Shown: one piece after another, positions 43,370 to 57,475 of the stretch
How positions within the stretch are numbered: position 1 is the first letter of the stretch
Layout of the letters: every line of letters begins with the position of its first letter
Assembly: GCF_000150275.1 (NCBI RefSeq)
Contig: NW_002060949.1
Span: 1,547,836-1,611,835, forward strand
Direction: 5' to 3'
DNA length: 64,000 bases
DNA from: Trichoplax adhaerens
Lineage: Eukaryota; Animalia; Placozoa
The notes under the pieces: generated by a model
Seen by the model: the letters and a program-made list of their open reading frames with translations, nothing else
Told to the model about the DNA's origin: nothing
Databases searched by the model: none
Position numbers and translations under genes: made by a program

Positions 43370-43799
43370 CACAGCCGTCTCATTGGCCATCACTTTCTTT
43401 CTAGGAAGTCGAGTGTACAGTACGTACACAAAGGCCACGACTGCGCCTGAGTCACCGGCTGACAATACTCTTCTTGTACTAGGTAAGTGTTGAATCATCA
43501 GTAACGACAGTATAGCTGTGTAGTGGATGCAACATGGACTTTCCTTTTGTTATGGTAACATCTTGCCTATCGTAGAGTAGAAATAATCGACGAGAAACCA
43601 GCGGAATTTACACTGCTGTGCAGTGTACACTAGTAGTCATCGACAGTACAGTATTATTAGTTGATGTCGTTGAAAATATCAATTTGGAAAAAGCTCTCCT
43701 AGGTCTAGACAGCGGGCTCCAACTATTCTGCAGGACAATATCGACCTAACAGATTAAGTCAACACACTATCGTGACGTGTGTTCATAAAGTTGACAGTA

Positions 43800-43809
43800 G
43801 TCACGTGAC
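43800..43809. promoter_or_regulatory. GTCACGTGAC palindrome (extended E-box/CLEAR-like) between divergent genes
   Basis: Exact 10-bp palindrome; function inferred from position only. Confidence 0.25.
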
Positions 43810-43869
43810 ATGAAGTCATTCATCATGATCTTACCTCAAGATCTCCAAACCAGAAATTGTAGCTGCTGA

Positions 43870-44815
43870 CAGTGTACTGTACTGTACACTGTACAGTAGC
43901 AAAACGATCGTTGAATACAGTACTGTATACTGTACACTATACTGTATAGCTCTACCCATTGGGAATTGACATCGAAATTACAGGGACTACTAGAGCTGCA
44001 GATCCCTGCCATGGGACTCAACCCCACAATATATCCGAACATTTTGCAAAAGCTGGAACCGAAATGCTGATAGTGCTAGACATCGACTTTGTTTTTGTGC
44101 ATTTATTCAATTACTTGGACAGCGTTGAGTAAAATAAGTGAAGAAAAAATGGAGCACATCGGCAGCTCCACCTCGTACAGTACATGATGTCGACCTGAAG
44201 TGAAGGCTGAACTTTCAACTATGGATATACTGTACAGTACCTGGACGTACAGTACTGTACATACAGTACTGTACTGTACAGTACAGTAAAACTGCATGGC
44301 GTAAAGTACAGTACAGTACTGTACTGTACTGTATCCAACTTCCTACAGTACTCTCCATTTTGTCTCGTACTGTACTGTGGTGAGGACGCATAAAACCAAG
44401 GTTGCCAGGACAGGACATGCTTCGCTGTGGATGAAATAATGTACAATTTAGCCACGACAGTTGGAGCGATCGAATATGAAAACTTTAAAGCTGTAAGTTT
44501 TGTACTTTTAGAGACATTAAGCTTTAAAATATAAAAGTTTAAATAAACTATGCTACCTATTCTACTGTACAGTGTACAGTACAGTACAGTACCTTCTTAA
44601 CAGGATTTGACTAGATTTACGAGTGTGCGGGTAAACCTACAGTACCGTAGAATCCCCTCCCCGTACCGGCAACCCTCACGAAAACATTGACCCGTCGTCG
44701 GGTTTGACCGGCTTCTACGGTACAGTACGGTACTGCACACAGTGTACAGTACTGTACCTTACAGTACATTTTACTGTATCGTACTGTACGGTACCGTATA
44801 GCGATTTGTACTGTG
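43870..44815. repeat. TACAG/CTGTA pentamer-rich low-complexity tracts in the PCMTD-PEX3 divergent intergenic region
   Basis: Runs such as GTACAGTACAGTACTGTACTGTACTGTA at about 44305-44335 and 44565-44592. Confidence 0.85.
44478..44540 (+). repeat. Dispersed-repeat fragment, inverted copy of 4138-4197
   Basis: GAAAACTTTAAAGCTGTAAGTTTTGTACTTTTAGAGACATTAAGCTTTAAAATA is the reverse complement, with few mismatches, of TATTTTAAAGCTTAATATCTATAAAAGTACAAAACCTACAGCTTTAAAGTTTTC. Confidence 0.85.
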
Positions 44816-44934
44816 TTGTAGATGAGCTTGAGGTATCAAGGCTTGAGCTATCACAAACCGAGCAAGAACTTGCCTTGAAGAGATCTCAAAACAATTTCAG
44901 CTTGGCATCTTGTGCCGTTCTACTGGATTTCAAG

Positions 44935-47900
44935 ATGACTTTCATGAATGCAATGTACAACTTTTTCAATCGTCATCGCCGAAAAATTATCATTTCGTCA
45001 GCCATTGCTGGAGGTATGTATTGCTCAAGAATCGTTGATAAGGGACTGTTAACCGATTGCAATTTTATAGTTGGATGCATACCAATACTAGGCTCAAAAA
45101 GATGCCAATGCTTTTCTTATCCACATGCAGTAATTCTATTTGTCTAATCGATAGCATTGTCCAATTAACTTACCATTCATTCTATTATTATTCAGAGTCT
45201 TGTTGCATCATCTACGATAATAGTACAACTACAAGATTCACCGTAGTAATAGGCAATCAAATCATAACGATGATAATACGAAGATGGATAGACTACGATC
45301 AGTTGTTCGAAAGCACGCAATTGTAAATTGCGGTCCGTACACACTGACATACCTTAACAACTTTCAAAGTCTTTTCATCTTATATACATGTATCGAGTGT
45401 AGGCTTAGCATATCATAGATACTCTATGTTGTAACCATGTCATAGTTTTGACTTAGTAGCGCAAGAAACACGGTATCATTATCTTAACTCCTATACAGTA
45501 CACTGTAGATGCAGTAGGTAAAGTGGTGAAATAGACAGCAAGCAAGCGGTCGAACGCTTTTACTATCAGTCTATCAACTTGAAATGCTCTGACCAAAGTC
45601 CAAAACAGTCCAAGCTCTTGTCATCATTATCATCCCCAGAATCTGCTCATTTAGATATCATAGATGATGACCGAGATAGATTAAGTCGATAAGTGGATTG
45701 AAATGTTCACCTTTAAATGAAGTTGAAAAGGATAAACAGACACATTAGCTAAATGACATTTCTTATAAATACAGACAGTAATTTGTAGTACTGTATAGAA
45801 AACGGAACACTTGTCAATATAGGCAACGCATTGTGAGATGTAAAACAGAAAACAGCATTTTTTTCTTATAAATACAGTACAAATAGTAATTTAAACTATT
45901 CAAGAAACTCGTCTATGCAGCCAACGTATTAGAACATGTAAAAAAGGATAGATTGTCATAGAACGAATCTGCAGCAACTTCACTTAATTTCGTGCAATTT
46001 AATCCTAATAATGTAAGCTAGAAACCATAGGGGTCACTAGTGCAAAGCATGTCTTATAGACATCTCCTTGTTTCTAGAGGAAATGAAGGTATAGCTGAAG
46101 CCCGTAAGATATACTTAATTAATCGTACTATGAAGTATGTACTGTACAACAGCACTTTATCGGACACGATTTTGTATTGCTGCCACAGACCCTGACAAAA
46201 ATCGAAGCAGGCTTTTTCTCCTAAAACTATAAAATAATCTCTCCATTATAATAAACTTGTTTCTCCATCTCATGACAGCTAGATACTAACAATTTTAGGT
46301 ACTATAGAATCTAATCTACAATCCTAAATTAATAGCAATATATTTATAACCAAGGTGTTGTTGTCTTGGTCAAATATTCACAATGGCGATTGCAAAAATA
46401 TATTGAAGGCGAAACAACGTTACAAATGACACGAGCAAGGTATGTACAATTGATACGATCACAAAGTACCTTTTCAATAAGGGATTTAGTAATTAATTAC
46501 TGTATTCGCCTATTCCAAAATTAGTAGTCACCGCTATACTGCTGGCGTAAATCGCTTCTTCTGTTACTTGATTAGGATATAAACCATTATATCCTAAATC
46601 TTATTCATCTTTATCGCTTTTATAGGATGGAGAATCATTTTAACAACAATCAAAAGACTTGCCATTTAACAAGTAAAACTAATAGTAGTATTCATACTCT
46701 TATATCTATCTTGACAAGTAAAATTACTCATATGAAATGTATGATACCTGACCAATTTTCCTGTAAAGTTTACCTGCATATCTATTTTATATTCTTACGT
46801 ATAGTTATATCATTACTGCCAAATCTAAGTGAAGCAATCGAAAAAGAAATCAATTTGGATGAGTTAACAGAAAAACTGAAAGCAAGGTAGATTCAGAACA
46901 AAAATACTAGGTTAAATGGTGTCCGTTTATTTATCAGTAAAACACTTTGTGCAAAATTCTTATTTGATAAAAATGATTATCATTCCATAATCATTAAATT
47001 AATTTTTTTAATATTCATCCGTTAGACCTCCAAATCGTCTGCAAATCTGGGAAAATTTAAAGACGCTAAGTAATAAACTTGAACTGCTATTCTTTCGTTA
47101 GACAGGATATTGTATCTTAGATATGTTATATCCATTTATTACATAGCATTTACACAAGTGGTAACCAAGTTATACAGCGTATGCATGCTAACGATTTTGG
47201 TTCGTATTCAACTAAATATTATTGGTGGTTATATGTACCTTGATAGCACAAATGATAAAGAGACAAAAAATGTAAGTTGCTATTATTGTAATCACTTATA
47301 TGACAATAACTTAAAAGCATTCGTATGAAGAGAATTCTTCTAATTCATAATTGCAGGCAGATAGCGATCAAACTTACGCCTCTGCACGATTACAACAGCG
47401 CTATCTTTCCGTGGTCTATTATTTATTGGGAGATGGTATTGCGCTAATATCAATAAAAGATAATACAGTAATAGCCAAACGTTATCTACATTATATAACT
47501 CCAAATCAATTTGTTTATATTAGGAATGAAAGAGTTTATAAAAGTTGTGAAAGATACCATAAGTGATATTGTTACAAAGTAAGTTATATGAATATTCGAG
47601 ATATTATAATACAACTATATTTAAGAATCTTTATACTTATGCAATACTGAGTACAGTAGATGACCAATAAGGATGATTGCCAATAGATAAAGTAAACTTG
47701 TAAATAAACTCATTTTCAATTTCGATGTCAATCAATTCAAACAGCTTAAGCCTAAAGAAAGAAGTATCACTTGGCGATATTAGTCAATTGTTTCAAAGAA
47801 TAAGGATGGTTTTACATGATAAATTATGTCAAGCTAATCAAGATTCGAAAAGGTATAGTCATAGTTTACCCTATAATTTCAATTCCTGTTAATGTAATCA

Positions 47901-48781
47901 AAGATTCACTTACAATGTCTCATTATATTCATTTTTGACACTATATCTAGCTTTTTAACCTCGTTCATGATACCTCCTAACGATGAAATAAGTGACTCGG
48001 TATTTAGCTATGCTTCACTATGAAACTGACCTACCTTGTTAATCGTCAATAGTTTCTGCGATATTTTTGCAATCTTCAGGAATATGATATATTTTAACTA
48101 ATTACTGAACCATTGTTTATTTACGTATAGTTTGAATCCCTTCAAGAGAATCAATTATTTAGTAAACTGATGTCAGAAACTAGAGATATGATAGAAAGTC
48201 AAGATTGCATTAAAGTAATGAACCATTGTTTAGATTTTGGTTTTAATACTTTTATGGACAAGGTTGATGAGGCTGTTAAACAGCAAGTGACTTCGAAGAA
48301 TATTGAGTAAGCTTCCTTACATTCGATAACATAAATTAGTTATTATCAATTGTTACTTTTCTTGTAGTACTTTGTAATGAATCTTTATTTGATTACTATA
48401 TTACAGAATTACTTTGGCAGTTGCAAAATTATTGCCAGTTGTAACGAGTCAACTTAAAGTCATGATGAAAGAATCAAGTAACACTTCCAATTCATTCTTG
48501 CAGGTATACAGTACTATTGTTTAAAGAATCCTATTTTAAACTTTTAGTAGCTATTAATGCCGTTAGAGATGGAATAACTTTAAATTCTTTGTGTTATTAA
48601 TGCCTGTTACTAACAGTTAATCAGATTAATTGTATGTAATTATGCTCAAAATACCCGTAAAATGAGCAGAGGTAAATTGTAATTCTTGATTACTTTTGAA
48701 CAATTTTAGAAATTGATGGATCACAAATTAATTGAAATGTTATCATTGAACATATATGAAGCATTTGCGCAGCCTATTTAA
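44935..48781 (+). CDS. PEX3: Peroxisomal biogenesis factor 3 (peroxin-3)
   Basis: [99 protein letters not shown]. Approximate exons: 44935-45013, 46355-46439, 46626-46672, 46805-46886, 47026-47069, 47147-47271, 47357-47435, 47524-47578, 47744-47852, 47951-47999, 48131-48306, 48407-48503, 48710-48781. Confidence 0.94.
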
Positions 48782-50032
48782 AGAAAATGCACAATAAGGA
48801 TATCATTATAAAATGTGTTAGATGTTACAGCCCCATACGGAGAATTTACAACTTAATCTAAACATAATTTCGATTTTCGTATTGTAAACACATCTCCCAT
48901 GCAATTATCAATGCCATTTTTTAACATTTCTTATCATTTATGTACAATCAACAAATGTATTAAGTCTATTATAAGAACTGATAGATTATACTCGTAAATG
49001 CAATGATGCGATCATAGCAAATTCTTTTTTATTGCATATTACTAGTCATGTCTATATGACAATCGCCATAGTTTTATTTCTTCGCCCATAGCTAATTTAG
49101 GGTATGTTCAGAAACTATCTAAATAAGGTAATCTTATGGTACTACTGTAAACTCCATAAATCTTTCCACTACGGTGTATTTCTCTTAGTCGCTACGGTAC
49201 ATAAATATTTACTTGCAAAAAATTTTCATTAATTTTCGATAGCACTATTATAAATGCAGTGACTACTACTAGCTTATATCGCCCATGGTTATAAACTTTA
49301 ATCATAATATTAATTATAACCGAGTGACCTATAAATGTATAATAAATGAATGATTAATTCTTTCAACACATTCTTTGGACTTCGAAAGGATTTCTTAAAA
49401 CCGTGTTGCTCATTCTTATCAAACCTGTGTTTGATTGAATATTAGAATATACGAGTAGTCCTTCGTAGTAGTAATCTAATGGAATACTACTTAATCCCAA
49501 TTGCACGATAATTTTAATGATAATGGCAACGAGCAGCCCTCATTTATTTTATTTAGTATAATGAACGAAAGCATAAGTGAAATGTTTAAGTAATGTAATA
49601 TACTGCCTTTTGATTGTCCTATCCATTTTCATGTATTCTCATCAAGAAAGATCATTATGTTTCATTAACATCACACATGCAATTATTAGGCAACAATCAA
49701 TCAAATGGTTTACACATATATATATCCATTAAAGAAATGTAAATGATTTTAACATTTTATGAGATATGATTTTTACATCCTAGAGAATTTAAAATAAGTA
49801 TCGTTAATATATATATATACCTTATTTAATGTAGTAAACATGATCTTAGAGTGGTATTTTAAAATTCTAATGCCGCACAATTGATTTATTACTGTCTTCA
49901 ATTGTATGCATGAAAACTGTGATATCAGAATGCGCGTAGTAGAATACTTTTCGTAATGTATGATCGAACTAGATTAATTCAGTGAACTAATTGAAATTAC
50001 TTTTTCGTATAATAGTATGTATTATAGCAAAA

Positions 50033-50388
50033 TTATGATCTGTTAGCCTTTTTCTTCTCATCCATCACTTCTCTTCGACAACACTTGGTAAAGGTTTTAT
50101 GGAAGTCTTTACATTTGTTCATTTCTTTAATTTCGTTTATATGTCGATTGATGCTAGTTTTTGATTCTAACTTCATTTTCTTAGTTGTAATCATATTGAA
50201 TAATCTATCGATACTGATAGATTTTAGATGACAACGATAGCCTTTCTTAGCAGCTAGGATACCCCATTTGCAGCAATTGCGAACTTTATTGACTAATCTT
50301 CTTTCATATGTTGTTAAAACGTCTTCCTCTTCATGTTTTGCCCCATGACCAGACGTAGCCATAGTAGGTGAACTTTTATTGTCTGCTG
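50033..50388 (-). CDS. Probable terminal exon of a small basic Cys-rich protein with an anaphylatoxin-like CC-C-C-CC pattern
   Basis: ORF contains NCCKWGILAAKKGYRC-(basic insert)-CKDFHKTFTKCC. TAG acceptor at 50390-50389 is in frame (phase 1). Upstream exon(s) uncertain. Confidence 0.6.
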
Positions 50389-53300
50389 CTATTGCAAATT
50401 ATATAAAATAGCAATAAGTATTTAAATAATATATTTCAATTTAACGATTTCGAGTTGAAATAGACCTACTAAGATAATTCATAAAAAGAAAATTAAAGCT
50501 AAAATGCTTTATTTAATTACTACCCACTAGCATGGCAAAGTGAACAACACAAAGCATATCTAGTTATGTCCTGTTCGAGTCATAGTTTTATCCTAGTAAG
50601 TACAGCATACTATCAAATTGATACCTATTTGATAGTAATCTGATAAGCAAATTTTTTAGCTACCATTTGTTTCCATATTCAATTTCAAATATTAAAAAGG
50701 AACAAATTCAGTACTCCAGACTTATAGTTGAATAAATTTTGAATAGACCCTAACATGTAATGAATTACATTTTTGTCACTGCAATTTAAAGAAGTAACCC
50801 TTACATCGTTTAATGGCTTTCTCATAAATATGAGATAATACAGTAGCTTAACTAAATTGCAACATTCAAAACTTTAAAGCCTTAGGTAATACTGCTACGA
50901 TATTAGATGTTCATTTGTTGAATTCCTTTGGTTGTAGTTTTCCTTTGTGCTCGAGCAAGAACTGAGATAATAATCGATTGCTATCCATAAATAGATTAAG
51001 TCCATTTTATAATTTTCTGTTTAGTTACTGTAAGGATTAGTAAATGAAAGGACCAAGTTTTCTAGCCCTCGACGTACCTCGGATTATTATATTACACTTT
51101 ATTAACTTTAAATAGTTGCTCATTGATGAAAGATAGTTATATGAGATTTATCATGTGTTTGTACTGTATATCGGTAAAACTAGGATATTATAATGTTTAC
51201 GGTAAAGATAGCAAATAGAGCGGTAATTCATATATTAGAATATGGTTAGTTCATCATATTCTGACTAGTAGAAATAATGTCTAAGTAACTACTGTATTAA
51301 TTTCCATATTGGATTAATGATGGTCCGCTGTAAAATGCTGTTACTAATAATAATATGAATATGTATAAAATATGGTAGAATGTTGCTTTGCTGATTGCAG
51401 CTGTGAATGCTACGCTACGAAAGGTATTAAGGTGGAAACTTAGATTATTCTAGTAATTCTTTCTAAAAGTGCTTAGAAGTTGTATTCCTCTAGAGTAGAG
51501 CTGTGCATACGTTGTCTTTGTATAAGATCTAGTAAAGTTCTAATTTTTATAAATTTTGAATTTTCGTGATTGCTTATATCACAATAGCATATCGGAAGTC
51601 TTTCTCTTTACTAGAGATAGCATTACACTACTAATATATGTTGAATTGAATGTTCAAAATATATCACGCTTATATATATAATCATTGAGACCATAATTTT
51701 ATCTATGGATTACTCGCAGTAGAGCTACTGTACTACCGTCCTTCATAAAGTAAACTTCTTTTCTAAATATTTTGTTTCTAAGAAAATCGGCTAGATACAG
51801 TAGCAATTACTATTCCCTATTTTGAAAATGTATAATAGCGATGAATTATTTCTTAATTAAAATTCAATTATGCTTTGTATTGACGCGCAGTATAGTAGAA
51901 TATTCACAGATCTAGCGTATTTTAGATTTAAAATGTGATACTTTATGTCATCGGCAATCTATTTTTTGTGACTTTAACTTCGGAGATTAGAGTTAGCTTT
52001 ATTTCTACAATGAAAATTGCTTGTAAAACAGAAGTTAAGTTGTTTTCACTAGAATGTAATCCTACTCATAATTTATTCTATTTGATTTATGCGTTGCTTC
52101 AATATCAAAGTATCAATCAAGCATATGTTGATCTTTAGTCTATATCGCTATACATAACTCGAACGTTTAACTTTAATATCTACCTTACAACGTAATCATG
52201 GTTGTTATGTATAAATACGATATAATATCTCCTCAATAAAATGAATAAAGTGTGTATCTAGATAGCGTTTATTATCGTTAATGTCAACAGACTAGCTGCA
52301 ATTCGTACACTTATCGTTATAGTAATATGATTACAATCTACTCTATCATGGCTAATTAATTGAAAAATATTACGTAAACTGAAACTTAATGAATCATAAA
52401 ATATTTATACTCTATATTGTTACAGTTTTACGTCAATCTAATTAATGTTATGCGCGTACTCGGTCAAGGTCAACTATGTAATTTTTTATGTTCATATGAA
52501 CTAATTAATTAATGGCATAAAAACATGAAGTAATACGTAGGTAAGTACAATAGTTAATATATAAATAAAAATAAAATTAGACCAAACGGTCATTTATGTT
52601 ACTCGTTTAAGGAATAATAAGATGAGATTTTGACACTAGTGCTTGTTCAATTTCATGCCAACTAGGTACTGTACTGCGTATCTTTTGAACAAATAAACAG
52701 GCATGGTCATTGTAGTAGGTCATTGAATTCTAGCAATATCCGAAAATCTTATAATTTAAACTTTTAGTTGAGTAATGAGGAAAAAAAAGTGTGAAAAATA
52801 ACAATACTTACTCACGTTATTTTTAAGTGAGTTAGAAATGATATTTAAGTGATAGCAGCTACGTGGATCTTTTATCTGCATGGCTTTGAAACTGATCAAT
52901 AATAGCCAAATATCTCTTTGTACACATAAGTAAATAGTAATAATTCATCATGAAAGTAATTTCTATTGTCTTTCTCAGAAGTTTTTAAATACTGCACTAT
53001 TTCATCTTCAATATTGCAGATAAAATTATTATTTTATAATCCCATTAAAATCTAACTACGACTAAAAATCGCATTGAAATTTTAGCTCTAAAGGCAGATT
53101 TTCTATTATTATTATCATATCACATATTCTCTTTTTGGGTATCAAGTAGAATATTGATAGGCATGCTTCCCTTTCCTTTTTTGTTAATTTGATAAATTTT
53201 CATCTACATAGGGTCTTGTTGATAGAATATTGTCGATTTTAAGAGTGATTGCTATATTAATCGTCATAACAATATAATGTAGTTGAAAATTTATAAAAGC

Positions 53301-56300
53301 GATTTAAATTCAATTCAATGAAGTTGATTCATTATGTATCGATCTCGATCCCTAGACAAGTATTTATCAATTAATTTTTTACATCTGATTTCGTAGAAAG
53401 TATCGGTGGTGCATACAGTAATTTGATGGTGCTATTTTTCTCCTAAATTCATTATAATAATAAATATAATGTTAAATATTAAGCTCTCTCTATCAAAATG
53501 CAAAAATATGATAATTTTTTCAATTTGCTAGCAATTAGGGCCATAAATTATTTCATAATTTTCATTAACTAATAATCCATTCTATATTCTTATGCTGTAC
53601 TTTTATACTTTATTTTGGAAAGATGCTAGTCTACATGATAGCTATTATAACTGAATTTTTCAAGTAATAGATAGTTATAAGCCCCTTTTTTAAATAATTC
53701 TAATGTGCGACATCTTGTTTATAAAGTAAGCTCCATGAATAACTATTATATTGATAGAAATTGGACTCTCACCAAAGGTTACACAGAAAAGGAAATAAAT
53801 GTTTTAACAATGATGATAGTCTATTAATGTGCGTTTTAGTTGTGAAAAAGAGTAAGAGGTGTTAGATTCGATGACGATCAAAGTACTAACGTAGGAATTA
53901 AGTAACATAGTCATGAAGTATTTTGGTAGTATTTCATTAGAAATAAGAAGCCCAAACATTTAATGATGAAACGTTGTTGTCACATCACTTGGATATACAA
54001 CAGATCTTTAAGACCGTATAAGTAAGGTAATATGAAGTCTTCTAGTCAATGATAACTAATTAAACGTTATATCATGTTATAATAACTTATGATGTATATA
54101 AGTTTATAGTCATGTTGGTGGGGAATTAATGCCTTGTATTTCACCATTAGATACTATAAACAAGTCATAAAATAACTAACTTGCACGAAAAATAGACTGT
54201 ATAGCGTACAGTATGATCAATTTTCATGATTAGCAAACAGCGTGGATGTACATATCTATCATCATATTAGAAGAAAACAAAAGTTCCCATTTTAAGCACT
54301 AAAGAATAAATGTATAAACACGTGATGAAAAACTATAAACGCAAGTTGGCGATAAGTTAAAATATTACAAATGACTGACAATAATGAATAGCATAATGTA
54401 TGTGGTAAAAGGCTATAAAGTATTGTGTATGGCAAATTAATATGAAAAAGTCAGGGAATTAGAGTTGATCAAACCCATGGAGAAGAAGTCGATTTGTTGA
54501 TTCTCATTACTCATTATAATTAAGGATTTGAATAGTAGGCGGGGCTAAATAAATAGTGATCGTCTAATTTTTCTTCATTGAAATTAAAATTACTTTAGAC
54601 GATTAACCTCTACGAGAGACAGAAGTAAACTGTTGGATAGGCTTACCTAAACTAAAATAGTTATAGTCAATCAATGCCTTAGAGATTTCGCTTTTTAAAG
54701 AGTTCCACAAGTAATCTTAACGATCATAGCTACCGTCGCAATAATGTAGACATAATAGCATATCCATTTTAATACCGTAAGATATAGATAAAAAGTGACA
54801 ATTGAACACTACCCAAATTGAAGGAGATTGTACATGTGCGTTTATATCTTTATAGATTATCTAAAAACGCTCCCTTATTATTTAGATTGACTATTTTGAT
54901 GTAAACAATACAAAAAATTTCATTACATATTAGTAAATTGTACAGAGTAAGTGCATATGTACAAGAGAGAGAGGAGAGAACATGTCTAAAAAGACTTATT
55001 CTGTTATCCGAGTTGACTTAGTGTGCATATTTAACAAATAAGAATATCTCGATTACTATATGTACCGTAGATGACGAGTACAAATTCGTTTGATTACTCA
55101 GTTGCTATATTCATTTTTACTTACTACTTGGAGCAATAAATTAAATAGGAAAGTTGAAATTGGTGAAAGAAAATTGTTAAATAGGAAGATTTTGTCATTA
55201 GTACTGATAGAATATTAGCTAGAAAGCTATCAAAATGATCTTTAGTATCTTTCGTCAGTTTAAACTTTAATTAAACGCTCTTGCTATTGGAAGTGGTATT
55301 CTGTAAGTATTTCTTAAAGTTAAAGTAATATAGAAACATTGAATTTTTGATTTCATAAGAGAGGGTAACAATTTGGTTAAAACTTGCTATATAGACTCAT
55401 TTATCACTTAAAATGCTGTTATCAATTGTCAGATATTTTCTTATAAGAACTATTATACATGAAAATAAACTTAACCCATACTTATTCAGAGTAATCGTTT
55501 ATTGTGAGAAAATTAATAGCTATGATGAAGATAGTTTATATCTGTTCTTACCTTTGGCTAAAGTTGGTAAAGCTACGGCTACCATTATAGTCAATGCTAA
55601 AATTGTAAACGATAGTTTCATTTCGACGACAAAGAAATTGAAGAATAGATGCCTTGCAATTGATGGTAATCAATTTTTCTTGATTAGTAGTTAGTTTGCC
55701 AGATAGTACAACTAATGTTGGCCTTATTTAGTATAAGATTAATTTCGAAAAAAGGACGAGGAAGAGAGCGATAGAGGGGAAAACTTCAGACTATAATTAT
55801 GTAATGATCTATCGAGTAAAGGGTAACCCGACTTCTTTTATTTACTGCCTTAATTGATCTAAAGTAATTATACTCGTATGATTTGGATCCTAGATAACAC
55901 GTATACATATACATATACAGTATATAGAAACTGTTATTGTTTTATTTCATGGCATGATCATGGTATTATTTATTTTATCGATTGTGTCTCGACAACACTG
56001 CAATCTATTTCCTTCATCAACTTATAGAATAGATAATAAAATCAGCTATTCTAAGACATACAACATGATTGGACGATTATTGACCACAAAACAAGTTTAA
56101 AATAATCATCCGTAGTCCTTATCAGTAACGAGAACCCTAATTAGCCTATTGGATAAAAGTCTTGACATCGCCTATTGAACAAAATTAAGATGCAACTGGA
56201 AATAAAGCCTATCCTATAAACACCAGTAATACAATGCGAATAATTTGCATTGTATATCTTTTAATTATTGTACGGTCTTATGTAGTCTTATGCATATATA

Positions 56301-57425
56301 TTCATTTTGATGTATTTCCAAGCAAATAAAAATCAATATTGTTTTATTCACGATAGAGAAGTTAATTGCAGGAGGTGCAGATTTCTTGTCTTTTATGTTT
56401 TCAAAGATAAATAATACGTTTGTACATGCTTAAACTAGAAACACAATCTAAACATGGACTTCCTTACTAGCATTAAGAGTAGAAGTTTTTTGTATATATT
56501 TTAATATCAACAGAGCAGGTTGATAATGATGAATGTTAATTAATTTCCAGCATGCTTGGACTGCAACATAAAATCAAACCATGTAATGTTCATTGGTAAA
56601 CTAGTATGTACATAAATAAATCCTTTCTTGCATGATTTTTTTATCATTAAGAGTTGAGGCTAAGTTAGTTTAACCTCCATTCTATAAAGGTTATGTATTG
56701 TTCCATTTCCAACATTAGATCGATTCGTTCATTATTAATTGGCCAGATGACAGATGAAATAAATTATACTCTTTATATCCGATTGAGTAGAATAGAAGTT
56801 GGCAGATATTACTAATAGCATTGGTATTTGTAACATGATAAAGGATTTAATCCCATGAGAGAATCTTTGCATCATTCATGGCATTGCATGCAGATTGATA
56901 TCAAGACGTGATCTCATATCACGATTTTAATTAATAGAATGTAATATTGTACATAAGGACTACAAATGGCGCCGAATAATCAGTTGGATCTCCAGCCTTG
57001 CCATTTATTATAAGATCGGCGCCTTTATGACTCACACCAATATATGCCATCTATGCAACAGTATGACATGGAAAAATTGGATAATAGAACTCGATCACGG
57101 TAGAACTAGAATTATTATCTTCGTTCCAATTTTGATTTCGGTATGTAAATAAATCAAACTTCCGTTTCAACGATCCTTAAGATGTTCGAGTTAAGGGCCA
57201 TTTCTAATCATAGCTATCATTTGAATTGTTGGAATCTACTGCACAGGCAAAATAGACCATGCTATAGCGTCAATCTATATATACTTGCCAATTGGATAAT
57301 TAAAGAATTAGAAAATGTGTAAAACAATATACCAGGTGAATAAGTATTAATATTGTGTTTTTACCGTCAGACATGGGGCGTATTACGGTTTATACCTATA
57401 CTATTATTTATTCATAATTAGGGAT

Positions 57426-57475
57426 NNNNNNNNNNNNNNNNNNNNNNNNNNNNNNNNNNNNNNNNNNNNNNNNNN
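57426..57475. other. Assembly gap (50 N)
   Basis: Run of N characters. Confidence 0.99.

Noticed and set aside
43062-44455. Several minus-strand ORFs (TVQYSTVLYC-type)
   Set aside because: Artefacts of the pentamer repeats and the tandem duplication.
55413-55694. 93-aa plus-strand ORF
   Set aside because: Composition typical of AT-rich non-coding DNA; no motif or supporting exon chain.
56968-57023. GGCGCCGA...TCGGCGCC inverted repeat as a tRNA
   Set aside because: Only about 56 nt, with no T-loop or D-loop consensus.
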